DNA of 64,000 nucleotides, taken from assembly GCF_006345805.1 (NCBI RefSeq), contig NC_043017.1:7874001-7938000 (forward strand), given 5' to 3'. The notes under the pieces are model-generated. The model had not been told where the DNA came from and searched no databases. It saw nothing but the letters and a program-made list of their open reading frames with translations. Made by a program: the position numbers and the translations under genes. This document shows positions 40,477 through 53,811 of this stretch, piece by piece. The first letter of the stretch is position 1. The number at the start of each line of letters is the position of its first letter. The stretch comes from Octopus sinensis. Taxonomy: Eukaryota.

Positions 40477-40575
40477 TAGTAGAAGAAATAGCTATAACTC
40501 TTTGACTGCTATTTCTAAATTCGGTATGTGGTAAGGCAATTCGTTGCTAAACCCTTTATTGCTTAGTATTACTTA
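40477..40575 (+). repeat. Partial second copy of the palindrome arm found at 45488-45632
   Basis: tagtagaagaaatagctataac..tttgactgctatttctaaattcggtatgtggtaaggcaattcgttgct..ttattgcttagtattactta is shared almost identically. Confidence 0.9.
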
Positions 40576-40669
40576 TATATATATATATATATATGCAAAT
40601 ATACATATATATGTATGTGTATATATGTGTGTATATATACACACACACACACACAGAGGAACTCTTTGA

Positions 40670-41720
40670 AGTAAAACCTGAGGCCTTGAAGTTCCAGGTT
40701 TTGTCAATTTTCATGTCACACTGGCAAAAGTCTTCTTGGGCCAATTGGTGAGGATCGTGCAGTGCAAGCTACACCTACTGAAAATTATTCATCATCACAG
40801 GTACTTCCTGTACTCCAAATCTTAGTAAAATCATTGAATTGGTTGGTTGGCAGAAACCTAAAAATGCACTTGTAACTTACCCTAAAATGTCTCAAACATA
40901 TTCAGTAAATGGCAAAAAAGGCTTGGAAACATTAGTGGAACAGGCCTAGCTCAGCAGGTGTCCCAGTGTATCACAGGCTGGACCCAGTCATCATCCTGCC
41001 ACTGTGATTAAACAATCTTCAAGAAAAAGTAAAAATAACCATCCTTTGAATTTTGGCTGTTGGAATGTGCGCACACTTCTTGATGAAAATTTTAACAAGA
41101 GGCCAGAAAGGCATACTGCACTTACTGCATGTGAGCTTAAGAAATATTCCTTTGATATAGTTGTGCTCTCTGAAACTTGTCTCTCTGGTGAGGGTCAGGT
41201 AAATGAACCAAATTATGGATATACTTTTGGAGAGGCCTATCTAAGGGTCAGCATAGAGAATCTGGTGTTGTGTTTGCTCCCAAGAATACATTAGTATCCT
41301 CCATTGCAGAGCTTCCAAGTGGTATATCTGAATGCATCATGTCATGCTGTATTAAAATGACAAAAGGTAGGTTTCTTACCGTTGTCAGTATTTATGCACC
41401 AACAATGTCCCAAATTTCATCTGCCAACCCATGGAAAACAAACCTCCACCAACTATTCTGCCTCTACGTCTGTGTACACCTTTGAATGCAGTGTATGCCA
41501 GAAGGTTTGCAAATTCAATGGGGGCCTCAAAAGATATTTTAAGATCCACAAAGATCAGAACTTATCTACAGCTTTTAGTGGTCCAAATCGGATGTGCAAT
41601 CTGTGTGGGTGTCTTTTCAGAACATTGTCTGGTTTAAAAAGTCACATCAGATGCCATGATGGTGCTAAGGTGTAGGTACAGGAGTTGATCAAACTCTGCA
41701 TAAGGAGTAGACAACGACCA
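40670..41720 (+). mobile_element. Internally deleted RTE-like LINE: APE endonuclease N-terminus joined to two C-terminal C2H2-like zinc fingers, RT absent
   Basis: LNFGCWNVRTLLD..RPERHTALTACELKKYSFDIVVLSET..GYTF/FWRG..GVVFA..LTVVSIYAPTM, followed within ~80 bp by FECSVCQKVCKFNGGLKRYFKIH and CNLCGCLFRTLSGLKSHIRCH. Confidence 0.85.
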
Positions 41721-41765
41721 TACACATGCACATATGAATGTGTGTATATAAATGTACATATATAT

Positions 41766-42130
41766 CATGATTGTTTAATGTCCATTTTCCATGCTGGCAT
41801 ATGTGGGATGGTTTGACAGGAGCTGTCAAGCTGGAGAGCTGCATCAGGCTCTTGTCTGTTTTGGCATGGTTTCTCTGGTTGGAAACCCTTCCCAATGCCA
41901 ACTACTTTACAGTGTCTTGGGTGCTTTTTATGTAGAACCGGCATGGTAATTTTTTAGGTAGTACCAGGATGGGTACTTTTCATGTGGCACCAGCATGGGT
42001 GCTCTTTGCATTGTGTCTGCACAGGCACTTTTGTACAGCGCTAGCATGGGTGTGTTTTACATGGCATTAGCACAAGTGCTTTTTACATGGCACCAGCATG
42101 GGTGCCTTTTATGTGGTGCCAGCACAGGTA
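41766..42130 (-). mobile_element. Family B element with a ~24-26-bp internal tandem array (gggtgctttttatgtggcaccagcat)
   Basis: Same tail as the 25992 and 32783 copies; tandem units lie at ~41920-42130. Confidence 0.75.
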
Positions 42131-42486
42131 CTGAGCTTCATACCACCACAATTGTTTGATGAAAACTGATAAAACCTAGTATGGCTGTATGTCTATGTTG
42201 GTGTAGTTTCGTTTCCTTCTGTTTATTCATTAGTTGTTATTTTTCTGCCTAACCATTTTGTGGCATGGTGTTTATTTTTGAGGGGGCAAGTTTTTAATTT
42301 TTGTTGTTTTATTTTGGTATATTTACTGAATTTGTCCATTCATTTACTTAAGATTGTAAGTTATTTCAGTCAAGTTTGTTTTGGTATGTGTTGCATCATG
42401 TTTGTAAATATTGATGTTATGGTAAGTTGGTTTTCTTGGTAAGAATTTTCTTTTGGTCAAGATTAGGAAATTGTAATGACTCATTT

Positions 42487-42623
42487 GTGAAATGTTTATC
42501 TTGCAACTTGAATTTCAATCAGTGGCATGAAACTCAAGCCATGAGATAAATATACTCTACAACATATATTGAGCACTCCAATCTCATTCATTTAACACAC
42601 TTCAACATTTAGACGTGTTTGTA

Positions 42624-42663
<40 letters not shown>

Positions 42664-42823
42664 TATGCATGTGTGTGTGTGTGTGTTTGTGTGCACATGC
42701 ATGTGTGTGTTTGTGTGTGCCTGTATGTTGTAAAGTATATGGTTTACTGAAATTGAATATTTATCTCAAGACTCTAGTTTCATGCCACTTGTTGAAACTC
42801 AAGTTGCAAGATAAATATTTCAC
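42487..42823. repeat. 67-bp inverted repeat pair (42487-42553 and 42757-42823) around a (GT)n tract
   Basis: Manual alignment shows about 8 mismatches in 67 bp. Confidence 0.85.
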
Positions 42824-43363
42824 CAACAAGTCCTTAAAATTCTCTACTTTTGACTGAAGCAAAATTTTCTATATCAAAACTATCCAACCATAACATTATC
42901 ATTCACGAATACAATGCAATGCATAGCAAAGGAAGCTTGACCAAAATGACATGCAAACACCCTGAATTAGATTAACAGACAACTTCAGTAAATATTAAGT
43001 TTATATATCATCATAATCATGATCATCATTTAATGTCTGTGTTCCATGCTAGCATGATATATATATATACACACACACACATGCATGCGCACGCACATGC
43101 ACACACACACACACACACACACACAATCATCATCATTTTAACATCCACTTTTTCATACTTATATGGGTTAGAGAGAATTTGCTGAAGTAGATATTTGATA
43201 ATCAGATACCCTTCCTGTTGCCAACTTTTACTTGTTTCCAAGCAAGTTAATATTTCCCCATGAGGGTTGGTGACAGGAAGGGCATCCAGCCATTGAAAAT
43301 TTGTTACAACAAATTCTGTTCAACCGATGCATGCATGAAATAAAGTAGACGTTAAAACAACGA

Positions 43364-43403
<40 letters not shown>

Positions 43404-45244
43404 TTATATAATGTGGTGAATCCTGTTAATAATAGAGAGGTAATACCAGAAAGAATATAGGTGTGACAACAGCTTACAGCAGAAATTAATTAGTAATAAA
43501 CTTGATTAATACAGTTCTATAATGTAAGTAATGTAAACTTGATTAAGTTTATATTAGAACAAATACCTGAATCAATTGGAAACCTAGACACATACATTTT
43601 TGAGGTTTCATAGAGTTCAACATTGCTCTGAGAGGGCTAACACAGAATTAATTGTTACTAGTCTGTTACTGTTTCACTGTTTCTAATAATGTGCTCCCAA
43701 CGATATACCATATGTCCCTATCATCTAATGGTTTTTACACCCAGCCATCTCTCTTCTCATCTCTCCCCACTTATTTTTATATCACAATTTGTGATAGTTT
43801 TCCAACAGACCAATCACTGGTTCAATGCATTTCTAATAGCAACAGTGACAAAGGAGTGTCTGTAACTTAGTGCAAAGGAATTTGTTTGAAGAGCACTGGC
43901 TTTTCACTGATGTTTGCTTCCTTTGTCAATATACATCAGCAAAAGATATGCACATGCATCTACACGTATCTGTTATCATTCATCATGCCCTCTCTCACTC
44001 TCGCTATATGTACCTCCATGTCTCCTTCCCTTCTGTTCCTACACCTTGCACACAACCCCTCTACTTCCTGATCTATTATTCCTGAACCATTTCCACTCCT
44101 CTCACCTTACACCCTCTCCCTACTATTATTTCTCATCAATTGCATCATTATTCCTCACCCACTACATTCACCATCAACCCTCAATCTCTATATATTACAC
44201 TCCCCTTACACTTTTATGAAACTAATCTCCTTTCTCCCTCCCAATCTACAGTCTATATCCTGTCTTATGCTCATATTCTTGTATCCCTAGGGTTTGCTCT
44301 CACTCCCCATCACTACCATCTTTATCTTCTCAACTGTTCTTACCCATACTTATGTTATACAGGGTAACCATGTATCTTCTTTGTAGCATGACATTTGCAC
44401 ATATCCCTTTATCATACTTTAGCCTTTCAAATACTACTCACCACCACTTAGTCAAAAGGGCTTTTACCTGCTCTTTTCCTGCCTTGCAAGTTAGTTGGCA
44501 ACTTCACCCAGTACACACAGTTAAGTGGTTAGAGTTAGGAAGAGCATCAAACCACAGAAACAATACCAAATTTGATTTTGGAACTTGATACAACCTTGCA
44601 TTTTGCTGGATTTTGTCAAATCATCCATCCAATGCCAACATGGAAAATGGAGGTTAAAACGATGATGTTGTGTGTGTATGTGTACCATGGGCTTGCACAT
44701 AGATTCTATCTACCTATTTTCACTTACAAGGCACTTGGTTAGCCAGATGCTATGGTTGAAGACAGTTACTTAGTACTGAGTTGTGAGCTTAAACTTGAAA
44801 TGACATGGTTGCGAAGCTAATGTTTTTGCCAACTACATAGGTTGGAAATAAATAAAATAAGTATGCACTACTGGTTGTGTAACGTAATTTGTATGAACGA
44901 TGGAGCACAAATGAACTGAGAAAAACTGGGTAGAAAAGAAATCAGATGTAGTATGCCTGAGAGAAGATGGAGCTGGTACAGATCTACTGATGCATATGGA
45001 GGTAAGCAAACTGGTAAAGAAGTGCAGTGTGATCCAAGTGGAATGAATCTAAAGAAGACCAAGCAAGACATGGGAAGAAAAGGTGTAAGGCTGATCTCAA
45101 GAGGCTGAACTTCACAAAGGAGATAACAGGATTGTGACAAGTGATGAAACACTGTGCTGGAAGGTACCCATCCATTTAATGTACACATGGAAATGTGAAG
45201 TAAAATGATGATGATGATGATGATGATGATTAGGTATGTGTGTG

Positions 45245-45276
<32 letters not shown>

Positions 45277-45347
45277 TGTATGTCTGTGTGTGTGTGTGTC
45301 TGTCTGTCTGTCTGTATGTATGTATGTATGTATGTATATATATATAT

Positions 45348-45626
45348 ATACTAAGCAATAAGGGTTCAGCAACGAATTGCCTTACCACATACCGAATTTA
45401 GAAATAGCAGTCAAAGGTTATAGCTATTTCTTCTACTAAAAAGGGAGATCTCAGTAAAAACAGCAATTGGAAGGCTGACACAAACAGGTTTGTGTCAGCC
45501 TTCCAATTGCTGTTTTTACTGAGATCTCCCTTTTTAGTAGAAGAAATAGCTATAACCCTTTGACTGCTATTTCTAAATTCGGTATGTGGTAAGGCAATTC
45601 GTTGCTGAACCCTTATTGCTTAGTAT
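45348..45626. repeat. Near-perfect palindrome, 138- and 139-bp arms with a 2-nt spacer
   Basis: Centre ...gacacaaac AG gtttgtgtc...; the only difference I found is a 1-bp indel (aaaggtt vs aaagggtt). Confidence 0.95.
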
Positions 45627-45715
45627 TACTTAAATTTTCCTCAAATGAGGCTTTTACATGCCGAAGACTACTTGGTGTAATTGATAATTATTCCAAATTA
45701 ATTATTTCACCCTTC

Positions 45716-45765
<50 letters not shown>

Positions 45766-46713
45766 CGAAGAGAGTGAGAGAGATTTCTATACATATGTAT
45801 GTGTTGTGTGAGAGAGTTTATGCAGCTATATCTCTGTGCACAATCCTATGTCCATCCCCCTGCCACACAGCAATTAAACCACTGTAGGTCAGAGATATCT
45901 GAATATTTAAGAAGTAGAAGAAAACAAACATAAAACAAATTAAAACAGAGTCAGGAATAAAAAGTGAAGAAATTCTATTTTTTTCAGCCAACACCATGAA
46001 GATGGGAAGGAACTTGAAATGGAAGTCCTCCTTCACCGTTGTTTGTGCAGTACAACAACAACAACAACAACGAGAAATCCACATGCACACGCACACAAGC
46101 ACGTGCATTCACACACATTTCTCTTCTATTTGTGGCACATTGCTTAAGATACTACACAGCTGATTGATAGAATGTCTACAGAGAAGCTTCTTCCTTTAAG
46201 CAATCAATACAATAGCGGATTTATTAAGAAAGACATCAGAATCAATCAATAGAAGATTGGTAGAAGTAGACACTGCATAGCTGTGGCTGGTAGACAGCAG
46301 TTGAGAGTCACTGTAATGTGTGAGTATGAGTGAGTACTTGAGTGAGGTTAGATATGTGTGTGTGTGTGTGTGTGTAGGGGTGATAAAGAAGGGAACATTT
46401 TAGAGTGAGCTGGTAATGATGATGGTGGTACAGGGGAGGTTGGTATCAGAACTGTTATTATTAACCCAGATTATAATTGTTAAATCAGAAAGTATAACTT
46501 AGCCATTTGATAAGTAGATATCGATAAAATAAGTACTAGAGTTGATATGACCAACTCTTGGAACCCCAGCCTGAAAGTAGTAAAAGAATTATATTAAAAA
46601 TTCTCTTGCAAACCAGAACAGATCACCATACGGCAGTCCCGCCAACTCTCACCCCTCTCTCTCTCTCTCTCTCTACCTGTGTTCCCAGCTCTCCTTGACT
46701 AGTAAAGTTTGTG

Positions 46714-46778
<65 letters not shown>

Positions 46779-47929
46779 GTGCATGTGTGTGCACATGTGT
46801 ACATGATGGAAGGATATTCCATGTCTCACCTCTGCCAATAATCTCAGGATATGATAATAGGAGATTTCTTGGCTGTTGATATTTCCTCCCCTCCTCTTCT
46901 CATCTTTAAATATGTCTCAGTCTTTTGAAATAAGATCTGCGAAGATAGGTCTGTTTTGAGGATGTGTGACCACAAGTAGCTTGCTCTGCTCTATTTCCTT
47001 ACAAACCAGCATATCTAAGTGTCCATCTGCCTATCTACCTATCTCTATTTATCTACCTATCTAACTATATTACCTATCTATATTCTGTCCTGTCTACCTA
47101 TCCAATCATCTATCTATCTATCGATATATCTATTCACACACACACACACATACACACACACATATATATATATATCCACTTCATTATGTATCAATCTCCG
47201 TCCACCCTCTCATCTATCCCTCTCTCTTGTCCGCTCCCCCCTCTCCTCTTTCACAGTGATTTCTAAAGAACTAAACACCATTCTACATAACTCCCAGACA
47301 GAGATTTGACACTAGTTCCTTTGATTTCTTCATTCCCCAAAGTTACCATTAAGAAAAATAATTACTGTTTTGTAATTCAATACTAATCTCTCTTACAAGA
47401 TGTGATTTTATTGAAGTACAAACTTCAAAATGAGAACATTTTTTTTGTGTCTGTATGTATGTAGTGTGTGAGTCTGTTGCATGTGTGTATTTGTATACAT
47501 TGACTGTATGGTGTGTCATTGTATGTATGTGTGTATTTGTGTACAGTGAATATATGGTGTATGTATTGTTTGTGAATGGTGACTGTATAGTATATGCATG
47601 AGTTTGTTTGTGTGCTGTAAATGTATTGTGAGTGTTTGTATGATGTATATATTGTGTATGTTTGTCAGTCTGTGCGTGTGAGCATGTAATATGCTTTACA
47701 GAATGCTCTGTGAGCATATCTGCTTTCACACATGTATGTCTGTGTGCATGTTTCAATATGTAATGTAATTCTGTCACCAATTAACATTTTATTCTCAGAT
47801 TTTGTGACATGTATTTCTTAGATATTTAAGCAAAATTGTTTGCATCTCCTATCATTCCACATTTCCAGCCCTACCTTTCATTTTCATCTCTCTTTTTAGA
47901 CCCCGTTTTAAAACACTGTAACATATTAC

Positions 47930-48220
47930 CCACAACTTCTAATACAGTATTGGAATAGGCTGATGGAAACCCAGATATCACTGCCCGTAATGCAGAAGAG
48001 AAAAAAATGAACACAGAGACCTGACCAACTACTATCAGTTTGTGCCAGTTGCTGTTGGTTCCTCAGGTGTTATTGAACCCCATATTACTGATTACCTCTG
48101 CAAAATCAGGATAAGGGTGGCCAATCTGAGAAATGAGCCCTATGAAGAGGGGTGGCTGATGTAGCAAGTGTCATTGGCCATTCTCTGTTGCAATGCCATT
48201 GCAGTCATGACTGCAGTGCA
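47930..48220 (+). mobile_element. Fossil 3' end of a CRE-like non-LTR retrotransposon (end of the restriction-like endonuclease domain)
   Basis: AEEKK/HRDLTNYYQFVPVAVGSSGVIEP..YLCKIRIRV..EPYEEGWLM*QVSLAILCCNAIAV matches the CRE-type C-terminus FVPxAVExxG..L..I..D.RE..L.QR.S.AIxRGNA. Confidence 0.7.
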
Positions 48221-49232
48221 TGGCTGAGCATGCCATTTGTTCTGGGGTGTGTGACTCATTGCCCCTTCCCCCTCCACTTTCTGCTGCTCAATTTCCACCC
48301 CTATTATTTTCCTCTTTCTTTGTTATCTTGTAATTAAATTGTGATTCAATAAGGTTTATATTATTTCAAAACAGAATAATAAATGCTTTACATGAAAAAA
48401 AAAAAAAAGGTGCTGCTGTTTAGCCACAGGTCTCTTCTGATCCAGTTAACCTTTGATCAAAGTCATTCCAGCAGTGGCCATCTTATCTTTTTATTTAGGC
48501 ATAACGTATCTAATATCATATAGTTTAGTATGCCCCCCCCCTTCAAGATTATAGGATATAATGTGAGAGATATTTGGCTTCTATTTCTAGCACATTAAAT
48601 GACCACACAGGCACAGTAAGTGTGATTTGAAGAGAAATTTAGCTGTTATTTCTAGCAGGTCAAGCAGTCATCTAAAGCTTCTTTGATAGTTTGTATAAAG
48701 GATAGTGACTAGAACTACAGCTGAAGGCATGGCTGCATGGTCAAAAAGTTTGCTTCACAATCATATAGTTCCAAGTTTAATCCCACTGCACAGCATTTTG
48801 GGCAAGTGTCTTACACTATAGCCTTGAATGAAATAGTCAGGTACTGCAGAAAACCATTATATGTTTATGTGTGTGTGCATGTGTATAACTATTACAGCCC
48901 TCACTTGCCACTTGACAGCATGTACCATGCTTTTGCTAATCGTTTTTGGTGCTTATGTAGTCATGAGACACAGGCAGCCTCTAGACCCTATCATCCTTGA
49001 CTCGGCAGAACTTCCAGTATGTGACAGCTAAAGATAGAGAGTTGCTGCACTAACTTTAGGTTGACGCTCATTTTAAAGATCAGTAGACTGGAGCATTGTG
49101 AAATGAAGGCCCCTACTCAAGGAAATAACATGTTGCTCAGCCTGGGAATTGACTCCATGACCATACACTTATAAATCCTACTATTAAGTTGCATATTTTC
49201 ATTTATATGTATATGTATGTGTGTGTGTAATA

Positions 49233-49346
49233 GTTCTGGGTTCAGTCCCACTGCATGGCACCTTGGGCAAGTGTTTTCTACTATAGCTTTGAGTTGACCA
49301 TAGTCTTGTGAGTGGATATGGTAAACAGAAACTGAAAAAAGCCCAC

Positions 49347-49380
<34 letters not shown>

Positions 49381-49600
49381 TGTGTGTGTATTTGTGTCTG
49401 TGTTTGTCCCTCACTACTGCTTGACAACTGGTGTTGGTGTATTTATGTCCTCATAATGTAGTAGTTCAGCAAAAGAGACTGATAAAACAAGTACCAGGCC
49501 ATACAAAAAATAATAAGTACTGGGGCTGATCTGTTTGATGAAAATTCTTCAAGGCAATGCCCCAGCATGGCCACAGTCTAATGACTGAAACAAATAAAAG
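49233..49600 (+). mobile_element. SINE family A copy, 5'-truncated
   Basis: Aligns with 4567-4900. Confidence 0.8.
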
Positions 49601-50760
49601 GTATATATATATACATATATATATATCTTTCATTGATATATATCAATGGAGGATGAAAATATCTGAGAGAACTCTGAAAAACTGGTCCTCTTTAAAATCC
49701 CCTCTTGATATTTATTCTAGACTGAGTTGCAGACACTCCCTTGTTAATGCTATTGTCAGAAATGAATTGAACAATGTTTGGCCCATTCGATACCTATATC
49801 TAATGATATTGTTTGCCAATTGTGATATAAACTAAAAATGTGTAAAATAAATGAACTGGATTCAGATCTAAATTACATACTGAAGCTGTCATAGCACAAC
49901 AACCTAAATCACTTTTGTCAAGCTAATGAGGGAGCTTCTATGAGGTTGCTTAATTTAGTAAATGTAGTAGCCAGTTTCCTTCAAACTGTATCTTACTACA
50001 TACTTTGACCTATGTTCTTCTAAATACATAAAAAAAAAAATGAAGAGGTTATGCAAGCTGAATTGACTTTCATCATAGGTCTGCTCAACCAGGGTTAAAC
50101 TACAACTGTGTATATTGGCATTGATTCGCAGGGATTTGATAAAATAAGTATTTGTTATTGTTGTTGTTTATTCATATTTCAGTCCTGTTTAAACAGTCTA
50201 ATGAGCAAAGGTATTCCAGCCATGACCATCTTGTTTTCTTTTTGTTATATATATAGCACATGATCTAATGTATCTCTCCTTTATGAGACGGTAAGGTGTG
50301 ATTTAAGAGAGATTTGGCTGCTATTTTTAGCAAACTGAGTGGCCACATAATCATTTGTGTTCAGTAGCACAGTAATTAGTTTGTTAATTTTGCAATCAAA
50401 TAAGTATTTGTTATTTATCAAGGTCACTTCAAATGACCATACCGCTCCTCTATGAGCTGTTTGCTAATGTAAGAAATCATACCTGCATAATATGTAATAT
50501 GTATATACTGCACGTGTGTGTGTATACACATACATATAAAGAAGAGCTATTAGCCAAGTTGAAGACACGGCAACTTTTCTAATGCTGGTGTCATGATGAA
50601 ATGCACTCTATATGGTTGGTGTTAGGAAGAGCTTCCATTCACAGAAACCAAGTCAAAGTGAAATCTGCAAATGAGATGTGATCCTTCAACTGTTAGGAAG
50701 GCAGTAACTCAGACTGCGATAACAACCTGTCTAATCCATGCCAGTATGGCAAGCATATGT

Positions 50761-50800
<40 letters not shown>

Positions 50801-51353
50801 ATCCACACACACATACACATGGACAAATACGCATACATAAAGTGTAACTGTAACATAACTCCTGCTCTCTGGTTCATCAGCACTGCCTTATCCTCTACTT
50901 ACTTCTCCTACTGTTCCTTACAACATACTGACTACTACCCTCCTCCACCGCTTTATAGTCTTCATCTATTGGCATGTTGTCATTCTCAGCTGTCCCATTT
51001 TGTTGCACACCTCACCTCCAAGCTTCCCTTTCAGCTGCATCATCCAAGTATCATATGTAATCCTTCTCGACACATCTATGGAAATCCCTTGATTTTCATG
51101 AATTCCTATTGATTTTATTAATTTATATGACACCCACATACACATGTACACACACACGCATGCACACACTCACACACATGCACCTGCACATGCAGAAGCA
51201 TGACTGATTAAGATATTTGCTTTGAAGCGATGTGCAGCACCTATGGCAAGTGCCTAAGGTATTAGCCTTGAGTTGACCAATGCCTTGTGAGTGAAATTTT
51301 GGTGACAGACTGTGCAAGGACCTATTGGGCATACACACACGTGTGTGCATGTG

Positions 51354-51384
<31 letters not shown>

Positions 51385-52578
51385 TGTGTGTGTGTGTGTA
51401 AATCACTGTGACAAGCAAATGTATTTTGTGTTTCTTTACACCAAAGGCATTCTTAACCATTCAGTGACACATACCAAGAAAATGAGTTCCAGACTAAGTA
51501 GGTGGTGCCCTAGCATGGCTGCAATCCATGGGTGATATATTTACATACACACACATACAGATTAACTACAGAACACTCATGGTAGTGTATTTTATATTGT
51601 TATATGAAATACATTACCATCAGTGTAAATAGGGATGAGTAATTATGAAGTGATGTGAAAACAAGCTCTGTTAGATTATGTAAAGGTTCCCTTGTTAGCT
51701 TACATGACATTATATGATATATACTAGTGGTAATAGTTGAGGAGATATAATTGTAGTAGTAGTTAATGTGATAGTGTATTTATCATTTTATATAATGGGT
51801 GATGGCTATGGTAATAGATGTGTATATGTGGTGGTGATAGTTTGTGTGGATATATTATACAATGCATATAATATATATACTATTATATAATATCTATTAC
51901 ATTATTATATAATATTTGTAAATATATGTATATCATATATAATATATATATATTATATAATATATCACAATATATATTCACTGGTGATTATAGCTAGGTA
52001 TGTGTAGTGGCTGCAGTTTATGTGATTGTGTATTCATAATGTTATATAATTTGTACTGGTAGTAATAATTGGGTATATGTGTATTGATGCTGATTAACCC
52101 CAGGCTAGGTCTGATCAAGCTGATGTATGATGAAATATATTTAAGAAGTGATTACCCATTTCTTTCTGTCCATCTTTCTTTTTTTTTTTCTCCAAACATA
52201 ATTACCTTTAGGTCTACATTATCTGATGTGTCGTTATTTTTTTAATGACAGGAAGATAACAATTTGGTAGAATTCTTAGGGTATCGTATAGAATGTCTCA
52301 AGGTCTGCACTCAGATCAAATCTTCCTGAGGTCAACTTTGCCTTTCTGCTTTGCAAGTATATGGTTTTGAGTTCAGTCCTACTGCACAGCACCATGTCTG
52401 TGTGTGTGTGTATTTATATACATGATGAAATTTACTATAGAAGATAAAAAAAATAAAGAAACATCATTGTGTATTTTTGTCTCTAAAAGATGTTGAACTT
52501 GTGGTCCTCTTTGTTAGTTCCACTACTAAATTATGTGATGAAAAATTAAATTATGTATGCAATAAGCTGGACAGAAAG

Positions 52579-52616
<38 letters not shown>

Positions 52617-53740
52617 ACTCTCCTGTTGAAAAGGATGTGTGAGTGTTCAGCCTTTTTGCCAAATGACCTGCACATATGATTTGTATATAGCGATCAAATG
52701 TATGTGATGTACATTAACTCACCCTCTCCATCAAATCAGTTACCTGAACAGGTGCACAGTGTGCTATGCATCAGGCGTGCAAGTGATTGCAGAGCAACAT
52801 GAAATAAAGTGTTTTGCACAAGAACTCAACACACCACTCGATCTAGTAATTGAAACCACAATCTCACTATCGTGAGTGCAACACGCTAACCACTAGGCCA
52901 TGTATCTTCATACACACACACACACACATACTCACTCTCTCACTATAGTATAATTGCTTCAATAAAGATCTCAAGAATAAAATTCTAGAGAATAGATATA
53001 TGAAGTACTTCAATTCTAACAACAGATAATCCTTCAAAATATGCTTCCGCTCACTTATCAAATGCCTGTGTATATGACAACATTTAGGATTCCTGATGTA
53101 ACTATAGTTCTGTCAGCTGAATCGGAAATGAAGCCTCTTTAGAGGAAAGCTTAGAAAGAGCTAAAAAGAACAAGATCCACAAATTACTGCTGAGACACTC
53201 TTCTTTGATAAAGGTACGTCCAACATATCTATAGATGGCAAATTCCATTCTTTATACATGGGGAATCACAATTTATGACTTCATGGCTGCACCTAAATAC
53301 ACAAATTATATGCTGACATGTATTGAATATTTTTCTCTCGCTCATTATCATTGCTATTCAGAGTTCTACATTTGCAGCCTTTCAATGTTATCAAAGGCTA
53401 TTTTGTATTTCCTAATGTTCATGCTCTTTGCAATAAACTTGCCAGAACCTGAGGATGTCAAAGCAATATTTAAAAACGACATACTCTTGTTGCCTGGAGC
53501 ATTTTTCGCAAACATCTTGGCTGCTTTGGCTATGTGATCCTAAAGTTTGAGGTTGATCTTGGGCCATATGGAAGGAGTTCACCAGCGTTTAAGTGTAGGA
53601 TATCCAGATAGGTATTTCAGCAGAAACTGTGTAAATGACTCTCAAGTTGCAAGATAAAGTTGTGTTCTCTGCTCTTGATATACATAATATACACACAATT
53701 CATACACGTGTGCATACACACACACAGAAGTATATATACA

Positions 53741-53811
<71 letters not shown>

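Noticed and set aside
41382-41675. Nested host C2H2 zinc-finger gene
   Set aside because: No TGEKP linkers, the first finger has lost a His, and it is contiguous with a LINE endonuclease; better explained as the retroelement C-terminus.
45635-45690. caaatga-ggc..gcc-gaag hammerhead-like spacing next to the palindrome
   Set aside because: Both catalytic boxes are mismatched and I could not draw stems I or III.
53235-53537. 100-aa non-repetitive ORF
   Set aside because: No recognisable domain or splice support on either strand; possibly a decayed TE, but unassignable.
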